The notes under the pieces are model-generated. The model searched no databases, had not been told where the DNA came from, and saw only the letters and a program-made list of their open reading frames with translations. This document shows, piece after piece, positions 17,883 through 27,540 of a stretch of 64,000 nt of DNA (position 1 is the first letter of the stretch; each line of letters opens with the position of its first letter). The position numbers and the translations under genes were made by a program. The stretch covers positions 6,287-70,286 of the forward strand of contig JACKPL010000010.1 of the NCBI GenBank assembly GCA_024233545.1, in the 5' to 3' direction. Source of the stretch: a bacterium (GTDB lineage Bacteria > Auribacterota > Auribacteria > Auribacterales > Auribacteraceae).

Positions 17883-18042
17883 AAAGTTGTAGCATTTTTC
17901 TACAATGTTCAGAAAACCACAGTAGCACAAGCGGCTTTAAACATTTCATATAACTTCTTGTATCCACTTTTATGACTTGTTTAAATATACCGTTGAATTA
18001 AAATAAGTATTTATATTCTCGTCTTCCGTAAACTTTACCTAG

Positions 18043-18058
18043 TGGCATATTTATTGCT
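18043..18058 (+). promoter_or_regulatory. sigma54 (-24/-12) promoter upstream of fliO-fliPQR-flhBA...
   Basis: TGGCAT-ATTTA-TTGCT with correct GG-N10-GC spacing and a perfect -12 TTGCT. It lies 42 nt upstream of the fliO ATG within a 217-bp gap. Confidence 0.45.
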
Positions 18059-18099
18059 GAAATGTACTCCGAGCTTAAAAATAAGGAGATTCAGCAGTT

Positions 18100-18654
18100 A
18101 TGTTGTTAGGAATACGCCGCTTCTTTTTTTGTCTTGTGTTTTATTACTGCACTATAAATTCCCTTCCTATTGAAGCACAAGAAACGGTAGACAACAATCT
18201 CTATTCACCGCAGGAAAAGCAGACGACTGAGGGTTTTCTTGAGTACGAAGAGCCTCATACAATGCAAGAACCTGATTTCAAGCGGTTATTAGTAAGAATT
18301 ATTGTGTCGCTGAGCGTGATTATCTCCTGTATTATTTTGGTTTCATGGCTCCTTAAAATTATTTTTCAGGACAAAGCATCTGCGATGCAGAAGAAAGAAC
18401 GCTGTTTTGAAGTTGTCGACCGATTATATTTAGATAATAAAAAAGTAATATACCTCATAAAATTACTTGATGAAATACTCGTTGTCGGTGGAACACACGA
18501 GTCTCTGAACCTTCTTAATAAAATTACTGACAGCAAAAAGGTTGAAGCTCTCGGAAGCAAAGATTTTCTTCCTTTATTGAGCATTTTCCATAAAAAATCC
18601 GCCTCAAAAGAAGATTTTCAAACGGTTTCTCAAGAGGACTCTCAAGATGCTTAA
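18100..18654 (+). CDS. fliO: flagellar biosynthesis protein FliO/FliZ-like
   Basis: 184 aa with an N-terminal signal-like segment and a TM (IIVSLSVIISCIILVSWLL). FliO block: FEVVDRLYLDNKKVIYLIKLLDEILVVGGTHESLNLL. Overlaps the fliP start by 8 nt. Confidence 0.7.
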   Translation: MLLGIRRFFFCLVFYYCTINSLPIEAQETVDNNLYSPQEKQTTEGFLEYEEPHTMQEPDFKRLLVRIIVSLSVIISCIILVSWLLKIIFQDKASAMQKKERCFEVVDRLYLDNKKVIYLIKLLDEILVVGGTHESLNLLNKITDSKKVEALGSKDFLPLLSIFHKKSASKEDFQTVSQEDSQDA

Positions 18655-19423
18655 ACAAATTCTTGGGATTTTCTGCTTGATATCATGCATGGTAAGTTAT
18701 GCAGAGCCAATAGGTGCACAAGATTCGGATTCCGAACCGTCACAATTTCCCGTGAATATTTCTGTGACTTCAGCTAGCGAAGACGGTAAATCGATGCCGT
18801 TGACAACAACTATGAAAATAGTTCTTCTCATGACCGTTTTAAGCCTTGCGCCCAGCCTGTTAACGATGGTCACGTCATTTACGCGCATCGTAATAATATT
18901 ATCATTTATGAAGAGGGCATTAGCTACCGGTTCTCAGCCGTCAAACCAAATAATGGTTGGAATGGCATTGTTTTTAACGTTGTATGTTATGGCGCCGGTA
19001 TTTAGCGAAATCAACAAGGAAGCTATTAAACCTTTGTTAGCCAAAGAGATAACCGAAAAGGAAGCATTCGAGCGAGGGCTGAAACCGATTCGTTCGTTTA
19101 TGTTCAAGTATACACGTACGAAAGACCTTGCGTTGTTTGTCAAGTTGAGCCGGTTGCCTCGTCCTAAGAACAATGATGATGTACCGACTACGACTCTTAT
19201 CCCGGCATTTATAACGAGCGAACTTAAAACTGCATTCCAAATGGGGTTTGTCTTGTTTATCCCATTTCTCGTTATTGATATGGCAACGGCGAGCGTTTTG
19301 CTTGCTATGGGGATGATTGTTCTTCCGCCGATGGTCATTTCACTTCCGTTTAAAATACTGATGTTTGTTATGGTTGATGGATGGTACTTGATTGTACGTT
19401 CTATTGCGATGGGGTTTCAATAA
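18647..19423 (+). CDS. fliP: flagellar export gate protein FliP
   Basis: 258 aa with a signal peptide, and FliP family sequence throughout (for example TSFTRIVIILSFMKRALATG, VLFIPFLVIDMATASVLLAMGM). Confidence 0.97.
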   Translation: MLKQILGIFCLISCMVSYAEPIGAQDSDSEPSQFPVNISVTSASEDGKSMPLTTTMKIVLLMTVLSLAPSLLTMVTSFTRIVIILSFMKRALATGSQPSNQIMVGMALFLTLYVMAPVFSEINKEAIKPLLAKEITEKEAFERGLKPIRSFMFKYTRTKDLALFVKLSRLPRPKNNDDVPTTTLIPAFITSELKTAFQMGFVLFIPFLVIDMATASVLLAMGMIVLPPMVISLPFKILMFVMVDGWYLIVRSIAMGFQ

Positions 19424-19441
19424 GCTGAAAAGGGTAATACA

Positions 19442-19711
19442 ATGACTACTGAATGGATCATAGGGCTTGGCAGGCAAACGTTGATTGTCATTCTTTCAAT
19501 ATCATTCCCCATGTTGGGAGTCGGAATGGTTTTGGGAATTTTGATGAGCATCATTCAGACAGTTACTGCCATTAAAGACCAATCGATGATGACAGTTGTG
19601 AAGATTGTCGGTGTAGTTGCGGCCATGCTGTTTAGTTTGCCATGGATTATCAATACTCTTATGGCATTTATAAATAACCTGTTTCTCAGCTTACCTATGC
19701 TTGCTCAATAA
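19442..19711 (+). CDS. fliQ: flagellar export gate protein FliQ
   Basis: 89 aa, two TM helices, position between fliP and fliR. Confidence 0.95.
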   Translation: MTTEWIIGLGRQTLIVILSISFPMLGVGMVLGILMSIIQTVTAIKDQSMMTVVKIVGVVAAMLFSLPWIINTLMAFINNLFLSLPMLAQ

Positions 19712-19723
19712 AAAGAGGCATAT

Positions 19724-20497
19724 ATGATACCAGTGTTTTCGATGAATATATTCGGCGCTCTTTTGGTGTTCATCAGAATATTTTCCATGCTTCTTTTTGC
19801 GCCGATATTCGGAAATGACGCAATTCCTATACGGTTGCAAGTTATTATATCAATTCTTTTTACAATGGTCATTTACCCTATTGTTTCCGAAACGCTCCGT
19901 GTCCCTTTTTCACTCGATTTATTGATGTTGGCATTGCTGGTTGGCAAAGAGGCGATGCTTGGTATTATCTTCGGTTTTGCCGCAACCATCGTTATGTCAA
20001 TAATGCGGTATACCGGAGATTTCCTCGGCAGGCTGATAGGGTTTCATGAAGGAAATATTGTTGATCCGTTTTTTCAAGACGATGTTGGGTTTGTCGGACA
20101 TTTCTACAGCATTCTTTTTATGCTCCTGTTTCTCTCACTGAACGGGCATCATTTTATTATCCAAATAATCGCAAAGAGTTTTTCTATTGCGGCGGTTGGC
20201 GATGTAACCATTACCGGTCCGCTTGTACAAAAAATAAGTTCGATGATCGGCGATATCTTTCTTTTCGGCATAAAATTTTCCGCGCCGATTTTGGCGTTTA
20301 TCATTATTACAACGGTTGCTTTTGGTATATTGGGAAAAGCTATTCCCGAAATGAATCTTTTAATAATGATGCTTCCGGCAAAGATACTTATAGGGCTTGT
20401 CGGTATAATTGTTATTTTTCCTTTTGTCTTTGTGATTATGAAACAGCTCATTACAGGGTTATACAGAGACCTTGAACTAATACTGCATCTTGTATAG
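19724..20497 (+). CDS. fliR: flagellar export gate protein FliR
   Basis: 257 aa polytopic membrane protein, position between fliQ and flhB. Confidence 0.95.
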   Translation: MIPVFSMNIFGALLVFIRIFSMLLFAPIFGNDAIPIRLQVIISILFTMVIYPIVSETLRVPFSLDLLMLALLVGKEAMLGIIFGFAATIVMSIMRYTGDFLGRLIGFHEGNIVDPFFQDDVGFVGHFYSILFMLLFLSLNGHHFIIQIIAKSFSIAAVGDVTITGPLVQKISSMIGDIFLFGIKFSAPILAFIIITTVAFGILGKAIPEMNLLIMMLPAKILIGLVGIIVIFPFVFVIMKQLITGLYRDLELILHLV

Positions 20498-20505
20498 GAG
20501 AGTCT

Positions 20506-21585
20506 ATGCCCGATCAATACAAAGAAGATAAAACAGAACGAGCGACGCCAAAGCGTTTATCCGAAGCTCGGAGTAAAGGCAACGTGGCATCCAGCCAAGA
20601 AATCATGTTGGTTGTTGTAGTGTTTGGAACTGTGTTATCGCTCTATTGGATTGGGCCCTTTATGCGCGATCAGATATTCTGTGTATTTAAATCAACCATA
20701 AATCATATGAATTATCCGTTCAACGAATCAGATTCAATTGCGTTTGTTGCCGATACTATTGTGATGCAGTTGAAGATACTCATGCCAATTTTGATCGTTA
20801 TTGTTTTATTGTCATATTTTTCGAATTGGGTTCAGTTCGGCAGTATTTTTACCTTCGAAACGTTAAAGCCAAAGCTCAGTAATCTGAAGCCCAAGTTTTC
20901 AGAATTAAATATTTTTAAAAAAGACAAAGTAGTCAAATTAATCACAAGCCTCGGCAAACTGTTGATTATTGCGCCGGTTGCTTACGTTACGGTCAAAGAT
21001 GACTTGATAAATATTGTCATGCTTGTTGACCGTACTATTCCGGAATCATTTAACTATATATGCCTTACAGTTTTTAAAGTTGTGTCGCGGATTATGCTGG
21101 TAATGCTGGCGTTGGCAATAGGTGATTTTGTATATCGAAAGTGGAAGTATTCAGAAGATATGAAAATGACCAAGCAGGAAGTCAAAGATGAGAGAAAAAA
21201 TATGGATCAGGACCCGATGATAAAAAGCAAAATACGGTCATATGGGCGTGAAATAATGCGGAAATTGATGTACAAAGAAATTCCTAAAGCAGATGTTGTC
21301 ATTACAAATCCGACACATATTGCAGTAGCGATCCGGTTTGATCCGGTAACAATGGCGGCGCCGATAGTCGTTGCGAAAGGCGCTCGTCTCATAGCGGAAA
21401 AAATAAAAGATATTGCACGGGCACACAATGTGCCTATTGTCGAAAACAAACCTCTTGCGCGGTTGTTGTTTAAAACAGTCGATGTCGGCATGGCGATTCC
21501 TCCGGAATTGTATCGTGCCGTAGCAGAAGTTCTTGCATACATATATCGGATGAATAAGAAAAAACTGCCGAAAGCGGCTGTATAA
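20506..21585 (+). CDS. flhB: flagellar export switch protein FlhB
   Basis: 359 aa. N-terminal EDKTERATPKRLSEARSKGNVASS and the NPTH autocleavage site (VVITNPTHIAVAI). Confidence 0.97.
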   Translation: MPDQYKEDKTERATPKRLSEARSKGNVASSQEIMLVVVVFGTVLSLYWIGPFMRDQIFCVFKSTINHMNYPFNESDSIAFVADTIVMQLKILMPILIVIVLLSYFSNWVQFGSIFTFETLKPKLSNLKPKFSELNIFKKDKVVKLITSLGKLLIIAPVAYVTVKDDLINIVMLVDRTIPESFNYICLTVFKVVSRIMLVMLALAIGDFVYRKWKYSEDMKMTKQEVKDERKNMDQDPMIKSKIRSYGREIMRKLMYKEIPKADVVITNPTHIAVAIRFDPVTMAAPIVVAKGARLIAEKIKDIARAHNVPIVENKPLARLLFKTVDVGMAIPPELYRAVAEVLAYIYRMNKKKLPKAAV

Positions 21586-21602
21586 CATTCAGGGAATAAC
21601 TC

Positions 21603-23705
21603 ATGGCAAAACGCCCGCACTCAAAAATGATTGATAAGATTGCTTCTCACGGCGATTTAGGGCTGGCAATCGGTATAGTCGGTGTTCTTGTGGCAATGAT
21701 TATGCCGCTTCCGCCGTTCATTCTCGATATTCTTCTTACCATAAATATAACTATTGGAGTACTGGTCCTCTTAACGACAATGAATCTTGAAAAACCGCTT
21801 GAATTTTCTGTATTCCCGTCGTTATTGCTTTTCACTACATTGTTTCGTCTTGCTTTGAATGTGGCTACTACGCGTCAAATTCTTCTTAAAGGGTTTGCAG
21901 GAAATGTAATAGAGGTATTTGGAAATTTTGTGGTCGGCGGGAATTTTATCGTCGGTGTTGTTATTTTCCTGATTTTAGTAGTCATTCAATTTGCCGTTAT
22001 TACGAAGGGTGCAACCCGCATTGCAGAAGTTGCCGCTCGGTTTACTCTCGACGCAATGCCGGGCAAACAGCTGAGTATTGACGCGGACCTCAACGCAGGC
22101 CTTATGACGGAAGACGAAGCGAAAGAACGGCGTAAAGAACTCAATCGAGAAGCAAATTTTTATGGAGCAATGGACGGTGCTTCCAAATTCGTTCGCGGCG
22201 ATGCTATTGCCGGCATTATTATTACATTTGTTAATATTCTCGGCGGATTGGGTATCGGTACACTGCAAATGGGAATGCATGTGAGTGATGCATTGCAAAA
22301 ATATACACTCTTGACAATCGGCGATGGATTAGTTGCTCAGATTCCGTCACTCATAATCGCTACTGCGTCAGGTATTATTGTTACGAGAGCAGGTGATTCT
22401 GAAGAAAGTTTAGGCGGTAATATAGGGAGACAGTTGTTTCTTAAACCGCGTGCGGCTATTTTCGCGGCAGTAGTTCTTATTATATTCGGATTGGTTCCCG
22501 GTTTTCCCAAAATACCTTTCTTCGCTTTAGCGTTGATTGTCGGCAGTATTGGGTATATGGCGCGTGTGTCTCCAGTGTTGGAAGTGGAGGAAGAAAACGA
22601 AGAAAATACTGAAGAACGCGACAGAAAAGAAAACTTGGAACAACTTTTGCAAATAGACCCCATGGAAATCGAAATCGGGTTTTCGCTGATTTCGCTTGTC
22701 GATGTAAATCAAGGCGGAAACTTACTCGATAGAATAACCGTTATACGAAAACAATTTGCAAACGATTACGGCATGATTGTTCCATCAATTAGAATTCGCG
22801 ACAATATTCAGTTACGGGCTAACGAGTATCAAATCAAAATAGGCGGGGTACATGTGGCGCACGGCGAACTGGAAGCAGAATCGTATTTGGCGATGAATCC
22901 CGGTACTGCATACGGAGAACTGGACGGCCCTAAAACCACAGAGCCTGCATTTGGGTTGCCTGCAGTTTGGGTAGAAGAGGGAAGAAAGGATTACGCCGAA
23001 TCAATAGGGTATACGGTAGTTGATTCGACATCAGTGCTTGCGACTCATCTTACAGAGATAATGCGTACGCATTTAAGCGAACTGCTATCGCGCCAGGATG
23101 TGGCAAACCTCATTGAGAACCTAAAGCAGACGAATAAAGCGGTTGTTGAGGATGTTGTTCCTGCGCTTGTCCCAATAAGTACGGTACATCGCGTATTGCA
23201 GAATCTCTTGCGAGAATCGGTTTCCATACGGAATTTGCCGGTTATTATGGAGGTGCTTGGCGATTATGGGCATCGCTGTAAAGATGCGGATGTCTTATCG
23301 GAATTTGTCCGCCAGCATCTTGGCAGGGCAATTGTTGTTCCGTATTTGAACCAGAAAAGCGAATTGAAAGTTATAACTTTGCATCCTGAACTCGAAAAAA
23401 TGATCGCCGACTGTGTAACTACGACAGAAAAAGGAACATCAATTATCATTGAACCGGCTTTCATGCAAGTTATTGTATCTAATATTGAACAAAAAATTGA
23501 AGAAGTATCGAAACTGAGCGAACACGTGGTTGTCATTTGTTCACCGGCGATACGTTTCCATTTGAAAAGAATGATTGAGTCAAAACTTCCTCAAACACCA
23601 GTAGTGTCATATGGCGAGGTTGATCCGAAAGTTATTATTATCCCGTTGGGGATGGTTTCATTGCGTAATGCAACAGCAGAAATACCATCAGGTGAAACGA
23701 TTTAA
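21603..23705 (+). CDS. flhA: flagellar export gate protein FlhA
   Basis: 700 aa. FHIPEP membrane domain (DAMPGKQLSIDADLNAGL) plus a large cytoplasmic domain. Confidence 0.98.
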   Translation: MAKRPHSKMIDKIASHGDLGLAIGIVGVLVAMIMPLPPFILDILLTINITIGVLVLLTTMNLEKPLEFSVFPSLLLFTTLFRLALNVATTRQILLKGFAGNVIEVFGNFVVGGNFIVGVVIFLILVVIQFAVITKGATRIAEVAARFTLDAMPGKQLSIDADLNAGLMTEDEAKERRKELNREANFYGAMDGASKFVRGDAIAGIIITFVNILGGLGIGTLQMGMHVSDALQKYTLLTIGDGLVAQIPSLIIATASGIIVTRAGDSEESLGGNIGRQLFLKPRAAIFAAVVLIIFGLVPGFPKIPFFALALIVGSIGYMARVSPVLEVEEENEENTEERDRKENLEQLLQIDPMEIEIGFSLISLVDVNQGGNLLDRITVIRKQFANDYGMIVPSIRIRDNIQLRANEYQIKIGGVHVAHGELEAESYLAMNPGTAYGELDGPKTTEPAFGLPAVWVEEGRKDYAESIGYTVVDSTSVLATHLTEIMRTHLSELLSRQDVANLIENLKQTNKAVVEDVVPALVPISTVHRVLQNLLRESVSIRNLPVIMEVLGDYGHRCKDADVLSEFVRQHLGRAIVVPYLNQKSELKVITLHPELEKMIADCVTTTEKGTSIIIEPAFMQVIVSNIEQKIEEVSKLSEHVVVICSPAIRFHLKRMIESKLPQTPVVSYGEVDPKVIIIPLGMVSLRNATAEIPSGETI

Positions 23706-23722
23706 AATAGCGGAGCGGCTTC

Positions 23723-25057
23723 ATGGAATTAAAAAAATACCGTGCTCGTTTGATAAGTGAAGCAATGGATCAAATTCGAAGCGAACTTGGTCCCGATGCA
23801 GTTATTTTGAGCACTGCAAAAATATCTCCTTTTGACAGCATACAAAATAATGATTCTCCCTACGAACTTTTCGAAATAACTGTAGGGATCGAACCAAATC
23901 AAATGAGGCCGGTTAAAAAATACCAGCCTGTCGCATACGGTAAGAATGGCAAACGGTTTTTTAGTGCGGGGAATGGAAAAAACATCCAAAACAATGGCGA
24001 GTTTCCGCAGGATATAACACAAATAGAAAGAAAAAATGAGTTTAATTCGCTGAATGGAATTCAATCGCATATTGAACAGTTATTCGGCAACCTTGATAGA
24101 AAGCTACAGCAAAAGTTTTCAGGCAAAATTGAGACTGTCGACAGTTTGGTTCCGCAAATAGAGAGTATTCAGCATGAATTGCTGGAACTGAAACATATAC
24201 TATCGCGGCAGTCGTCAGTGATCGAACAGACAGTATTGCCGCGGTTTGCTCAAGTGTGCAATTTTTTAATTGAGCAGGATGTTGACCCGGAAATCGTTGC
24301 GGCGATTTATAAAAACGGCGATAAAGAATTGCTTGCCCGCGATCCTGAGCGGTCGTCGGCATTACAGGCATATTTGGAACAATTGATTATTCGGATGATG
24401 AAATTTTCTAATGGATTGGAATTTATAACGGGACAACCAAAGTTAATGTCTCTTATTGGGCCGACAGGTGTCGGTAAAACCACTACTATTGCGAAGATTG
24501 CCGCTGATGTTTCTCTTATCGCAAAGAAAAAAGTAGCATTATTTACCATCGATACTTTCCGAATCGGGGCGCAGGAACAGCTCAAGTCATATGCGGAAAT
24601 TGTCCACATACCTTTTGAAGTTATCCGTACCAGCGAAGAATTAAGGATCAAACTGAACATGCATCGCGACAAAGATTTGATTCTGATCGATACCACCGGA
24701 AGAAGCGGGTATGACAGTGAACATTTGAATTCTATGAAACAATTGCTCGAGAGTAGTCCGATGCCGATAGATATGCATCTTGTTTTGAGCGCCGGCGCAC
24801 GCAACCGCGATTTATTTGATGTGGTCAAGTCGTTTAGTATTTTTCCAATCACCAATCTGATTTTTTCAAAACTTGATGAAACAAAAACATTCGGCAGTAT
24901 ATTGAACATCGCGGTACGCACGCAGATTCCTGTTTCATATATTACGACAGGACAAAATGTCCCCGAAGATATTGAAATAGTGTCTGCAGGGATAGTTGCA
25001 CAGGTTCTCACTAAAGGTGCGGCGTGTATCAAGAAATTTACAGCAGTAACAGCATAA
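23723..25057 (+). CDS. flhF: flagellar SRP-type GTPase FlhF
   Basis: 444 aa with C-terminal NG-like GTPase motifs GPTGVGKTTTIAKIA, DTTGRS and SKLDET. Confidence 0.9.
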   Translation: MELKKYRARLISEAMDQIRSELGPDAVILSTAKISPFDSIQNNDSPYELFEITVGIEPNQMRPVKKYQPVAYGKNGKRFFSAGNGKNIQNNGEFPQDITQIERKNEFNSLNGIQSHIEQLFGNLDRKLQQKFSGKIETVDSLVPQIESIQHELLELKHILSRQSSVIEQTVLPRFAQVCNFLIEQDVDPEIVAAIYKNGDKELLARDPERSSALQAYLEQLIIRMMKFSNGLEFITGQPKLMSLIGPTGVGKTTTIAKIAADVSLIAKKKVALFTIDTFRIGAQEQLKSYAEIVHIPFEVIRTSEELRIKLNMHRDKDLILIDTTGRSGYDSEHLNSMKQLLESSPMPIDMHLVLSAGARNRDLFDVVKSFSIFPITNLIFSKLDETKTFGSILNIAVRTQIPVSYITTGQNVPEDIEIVSAGIVAQVLTKGAACIKKFTAVTA

Positions 25058-25067
25058 TGAGGTTTTA

Positions 25068-25937
25068 ATGCAGGACCAAGCATCCAAATTACGTAATCTC
25101 GCGCATGAGAATTTTAAAGAATCCGTTCGGATTATTGCTGTTACCAGCGGTAAAGGCGGTGTGGGGAAAACGAGCATCAGTACAAATTTGGCAATAACTC
25201 TGGCGCATATGGGGAAACGTGTGCTGATTTTTGATGCCGATATGGGGTTGGCAAATATCGATATCATGCTTGGCATAAAACCCTCTTTTACACTTCAGCA
25301 TGTTTTGCAAGGCGATAAAACCCTGGATGAAATTATTGTCGATGGCCCAGCAGGGATAAAAATTATTCCTGCATCTTCAGGTGTTCAGCAATTGACTCAG
25401 CTTACCGAAACACAACGGTCATTTTTTCTTAGCGAACTGAATAAACTGCGTGACCGAATCGATATTCTGCTTATTGATACTGCGGCAGGAATTGCCCCAA
25501 ATGTCATAGAATTTGTGTCGGCTTCGAGTGAAGTGATAGTAGTTACAACACCCGAACCGACTGCTATTACAGATGCTTATGCGCTCATTAAAGTTCTTAT
25601 TCGCTCTTTAAAGCCGGTTGTGAAAACCCCTAAAATCTATCTGTTCGTCAATATGGTTCGGGATCAAAACGAGGCAAGAGATGTTGAAAATAACCTAAAA
25701 CTTGTCAGCGATCGTTTCCTTGGAGTTTCACTATCGAGTATAGGGTTTATGCAAAAAGACGATGCTGTTTTACGAGCAGTGAGAAAACAGGTACCATTTG
25801 TGCTAAATAATACTCCTGACCGTCCTTCAGCCAGTATTAAAATGCTTGCCAGCAGGTTATGTGCTGTTAATGTTCAGGAAGCCAACATATCGTTATCGCA
25901 ATTTGGACAATGTATTACAGGCGCTCATGAATCATGA
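25068..25937 (+). CDS. flhG: MinD/ParA-family flagellar number regulator FlhG (YlxH/FleN)
   Basis: 289 aa with the deviant Walker A SGKGGVGKTS. Position after flhF. Confidence 0.9.
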   Translation: MQDQASKLRNLAHENFKESVRIIAVTSGKGGVGKTSISTNLAITLAHMGKRVLIFDADMGLANIDIMLGIKPSFTLQHVLQGDKTLDEIIVDGPAGIKIIPASSGVQQLTQLTETQRSFFLSELNKLRDRIDILLIDTAAGIAPNVIEFVSASSEVIVVTTPEPTAITDAYALIKVLIRSLKPVVKTPKIYLFVNMVRDQNEARDVENNLKLVSDRFLGVSLSSIGFMQKDDAVLRAVRKQVPFVLNNTPDRPSASIKMLASRLCAVNVQEANISLSQFGQCITGAHES

Positions 25938-26263
25938 ATGTGTTGTTGAAGAAAAGTTTCTTAATTTTATCTCTTTTATCTTTTTTTATTACTGCCGGGT
26001 TGTCTTTGAATGCAGGTAATTCATTAGTCTCGTGTTTGTTTCGCGGATGCATTGCTCTTGTTGTTATTGGAATTGTGGGAAGTTGTCTCTTGAAAAGTGT
26101 TTTTCGCGATATTGCACTCGAATTGTTGGAATTTGAAGAGAAACGAAAAGACGAAGCGAAAGAAAAAATGCGGGAAGAAGCAGAGAGTGTTAGTGAACGG
26201 TTGGCACAAGAAGAAATGGATACATTTGCTGAAGAAATTATCAATGCGAATACACATTCATAA
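25934..26263 (+). CDS. small two-TM membrane protein with acidic coiled-coil tail, function unknown
   Basis: 109 aa. The ATGA overlap with the flhG stop indicates translational coupling. TM helices FLILSLLSFFITAGL and CIALVVIGIVGSCLL, then EFEEKRKDEAKEKMREEAESVSERLAQEEM. Confidence 0.5.
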   Translation: MNVLLKKSFLILSLLSFFITAGLSLNAGNSLVSCLFRGCIALVVIGIVGSCLLKSVFRDIALELLEFEEKRKDEAKEKMREEAESVSERLAQEEMDTFAEEIINANTHS

Positions 26264-26288
26264 TATACTTTAAAGAGGGGAGATCAAA

Positions 26289-27101
26289 ATGGGTGAAACT
26301 ATCCGTAAAAGGCCCAAAAAAATTGAGGAGTCTATCGAGCAGTTATGGACGGAATACACCGGTAAGAAAAGCCAAGAAGCGAAAGACCAGTTGATTCTGC
26401 ACTATCTTCCATTGGTTCGATATATTGCAGGGCGCATGGCTATAAGCATGCCGTCTCATATAGATTCCGACGATCTCATTAGTTCGGGCGTTATAGGATT
26501 GATTAAGGCAATTGAGCGGTATGACATAAATTGCGGCACTCAATTTGAAACCTATGCTACCACCCGTATTCGGGGATCGATCTTAGATGAGCTCCGTTCC
26601 CTCGATTGGGTACCTCGTTCGGTACGAGGCAAAGCAAAAGTATTGCAAAAAGTATACTCTGCTCTCGAAGAGCAGTTGGGGCGGGAACCGAAAGATGAAG
26701 AAGTTGCCGCACATCTCAACATATCGGAAGAAGAACTTGAAGAATGGATTTCTTATGCGGCGCCGACAACGTTGGTATCTCTGAATACTGTTCTAAATTC
26801 AGGTGATGATGATAAGCCCCTGCAAGTAATAGATATACTTGAAGATGGAAAACACAAATCGCCTTTTTCCCATACCGAACAGAAAGAACTTGAAACATTT
26901 CTTGCAGATTCTATAAGCGATCTGAGCACACAGGAAAAAATGGTTATTATTCTCTATTATTATGAAGGGCTTATGCTCAAGGAAATCGGGCAAATCCTTG
27001 GTGTTTCCGAATCGCGCGTTTCGCAAGTGCATACCAAGTCAATGTTGCGGCTCAAGGGAAAACTGCATCAGAGAATGAAGGAATTTTCTCAAGCCATTTA
27101 A
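26289..27101 (+). CDS. fliA: flagellar sigma factor FliA (sigma28/sigmaD)
   Basis: 270 aa. Sigma70 region 2 (LVRYIAGRM, FETYATTRIRGSILDELR) and region 4.2 HTH (LKEIGQILGVSESRVSQVHTKSMLRLK). Confidence 0.95.
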   Translation: MGETIRKRPKKIEESIEQLWTEYTGKKSQEAKDQLILHYLPLVRYIAGRMAISMPSHIDSDDLISSGVIGLIKAIERYDINCGTQFETYATTRIRGSILDELRSLDWVPRSVRGKAKVLQKVYSALEEQLGREPKDEEVAAHLNISEEELEEWISYAAPTTLVSLNTVLNSGDDDKPLQVIDILEDGKHKSPFSHTEQKELETFLADSISDLSTQEKMVIILYYYEGLMLKEIGQILGVSESRVSQVHTKSMLRLKGKLHQRMKEFSQAI

Positions 27102-27123
27102 CTCTAAGCAGGCGAGGTTAGTT

Positions 27124-27540
27124 ATGGAAGTCGTCGAACGAAGAAATTTTTTTAGAGTACCTGTTGTTCTACCTGTTAAGTACAGCCAGTTCACTCCCAA
27201 TCCGAATGCCGATACATCATTTAACCGTGCAAGTATGCTCGATCTTAGTGGGGGTGGGATGCTTTTTGAAACACCTCGGATGATACAAATGAATGATTCG
27301 ATCGTTGTCCGGTTTTCATTGCCGTATAATGAAAAAAACAATGCGTTGCAGACATTTCATTTACAGGCATCTGTCATAAGAAGTTCATATGAAGACGATA
27401 AAAATATTTATAATTATGGTGTTGAATTTATAAACATTGCATCGCGCGTCCAAGATCGAATCATTAAGTTTTTATTCGATTTGCAAATTGCAGTTCAAAA
27501 AAATAAGTCTGCCGAATGCAAATTAAAACAAGCTGAGTGA
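27124..27540 (+). CDS. stand-alone PilZ-domain protein (putative c-di-GMP receptor)
   Basis: 138 aa with both PilZ motifs intact: RxxxR (RNFFR) and DxSxxG (DLSGGG). It starts 22 nt after the fliA stop. Confidence 0.85.
   Translation: MEVVERRNFFRVPVVLPVKYSQFTPNPNADTSFNRASMLDLSGGGMLFETPRMIQMNDSIVVRFSLPYNEKNNALQTFHLQASVIRSSYEDDKNIYNYGVEFINIASRVQDRIIKFLFDLQIAVQKNKSAECKLKQAE

Noticed and set aside
17886-17906. Hairpin TTGTAG-CATTTTT-CTACAA after fliN as a terminator
   Set aside because: Only 6 AT-rich base pairs and no downstream T run. Too weak to call.
24307-25083. 258-aa ORF on the minus strand
   Set aside because: Antisense to the flhF GTPase domain. It is a shadow ORF with no RBS or family resemblance.
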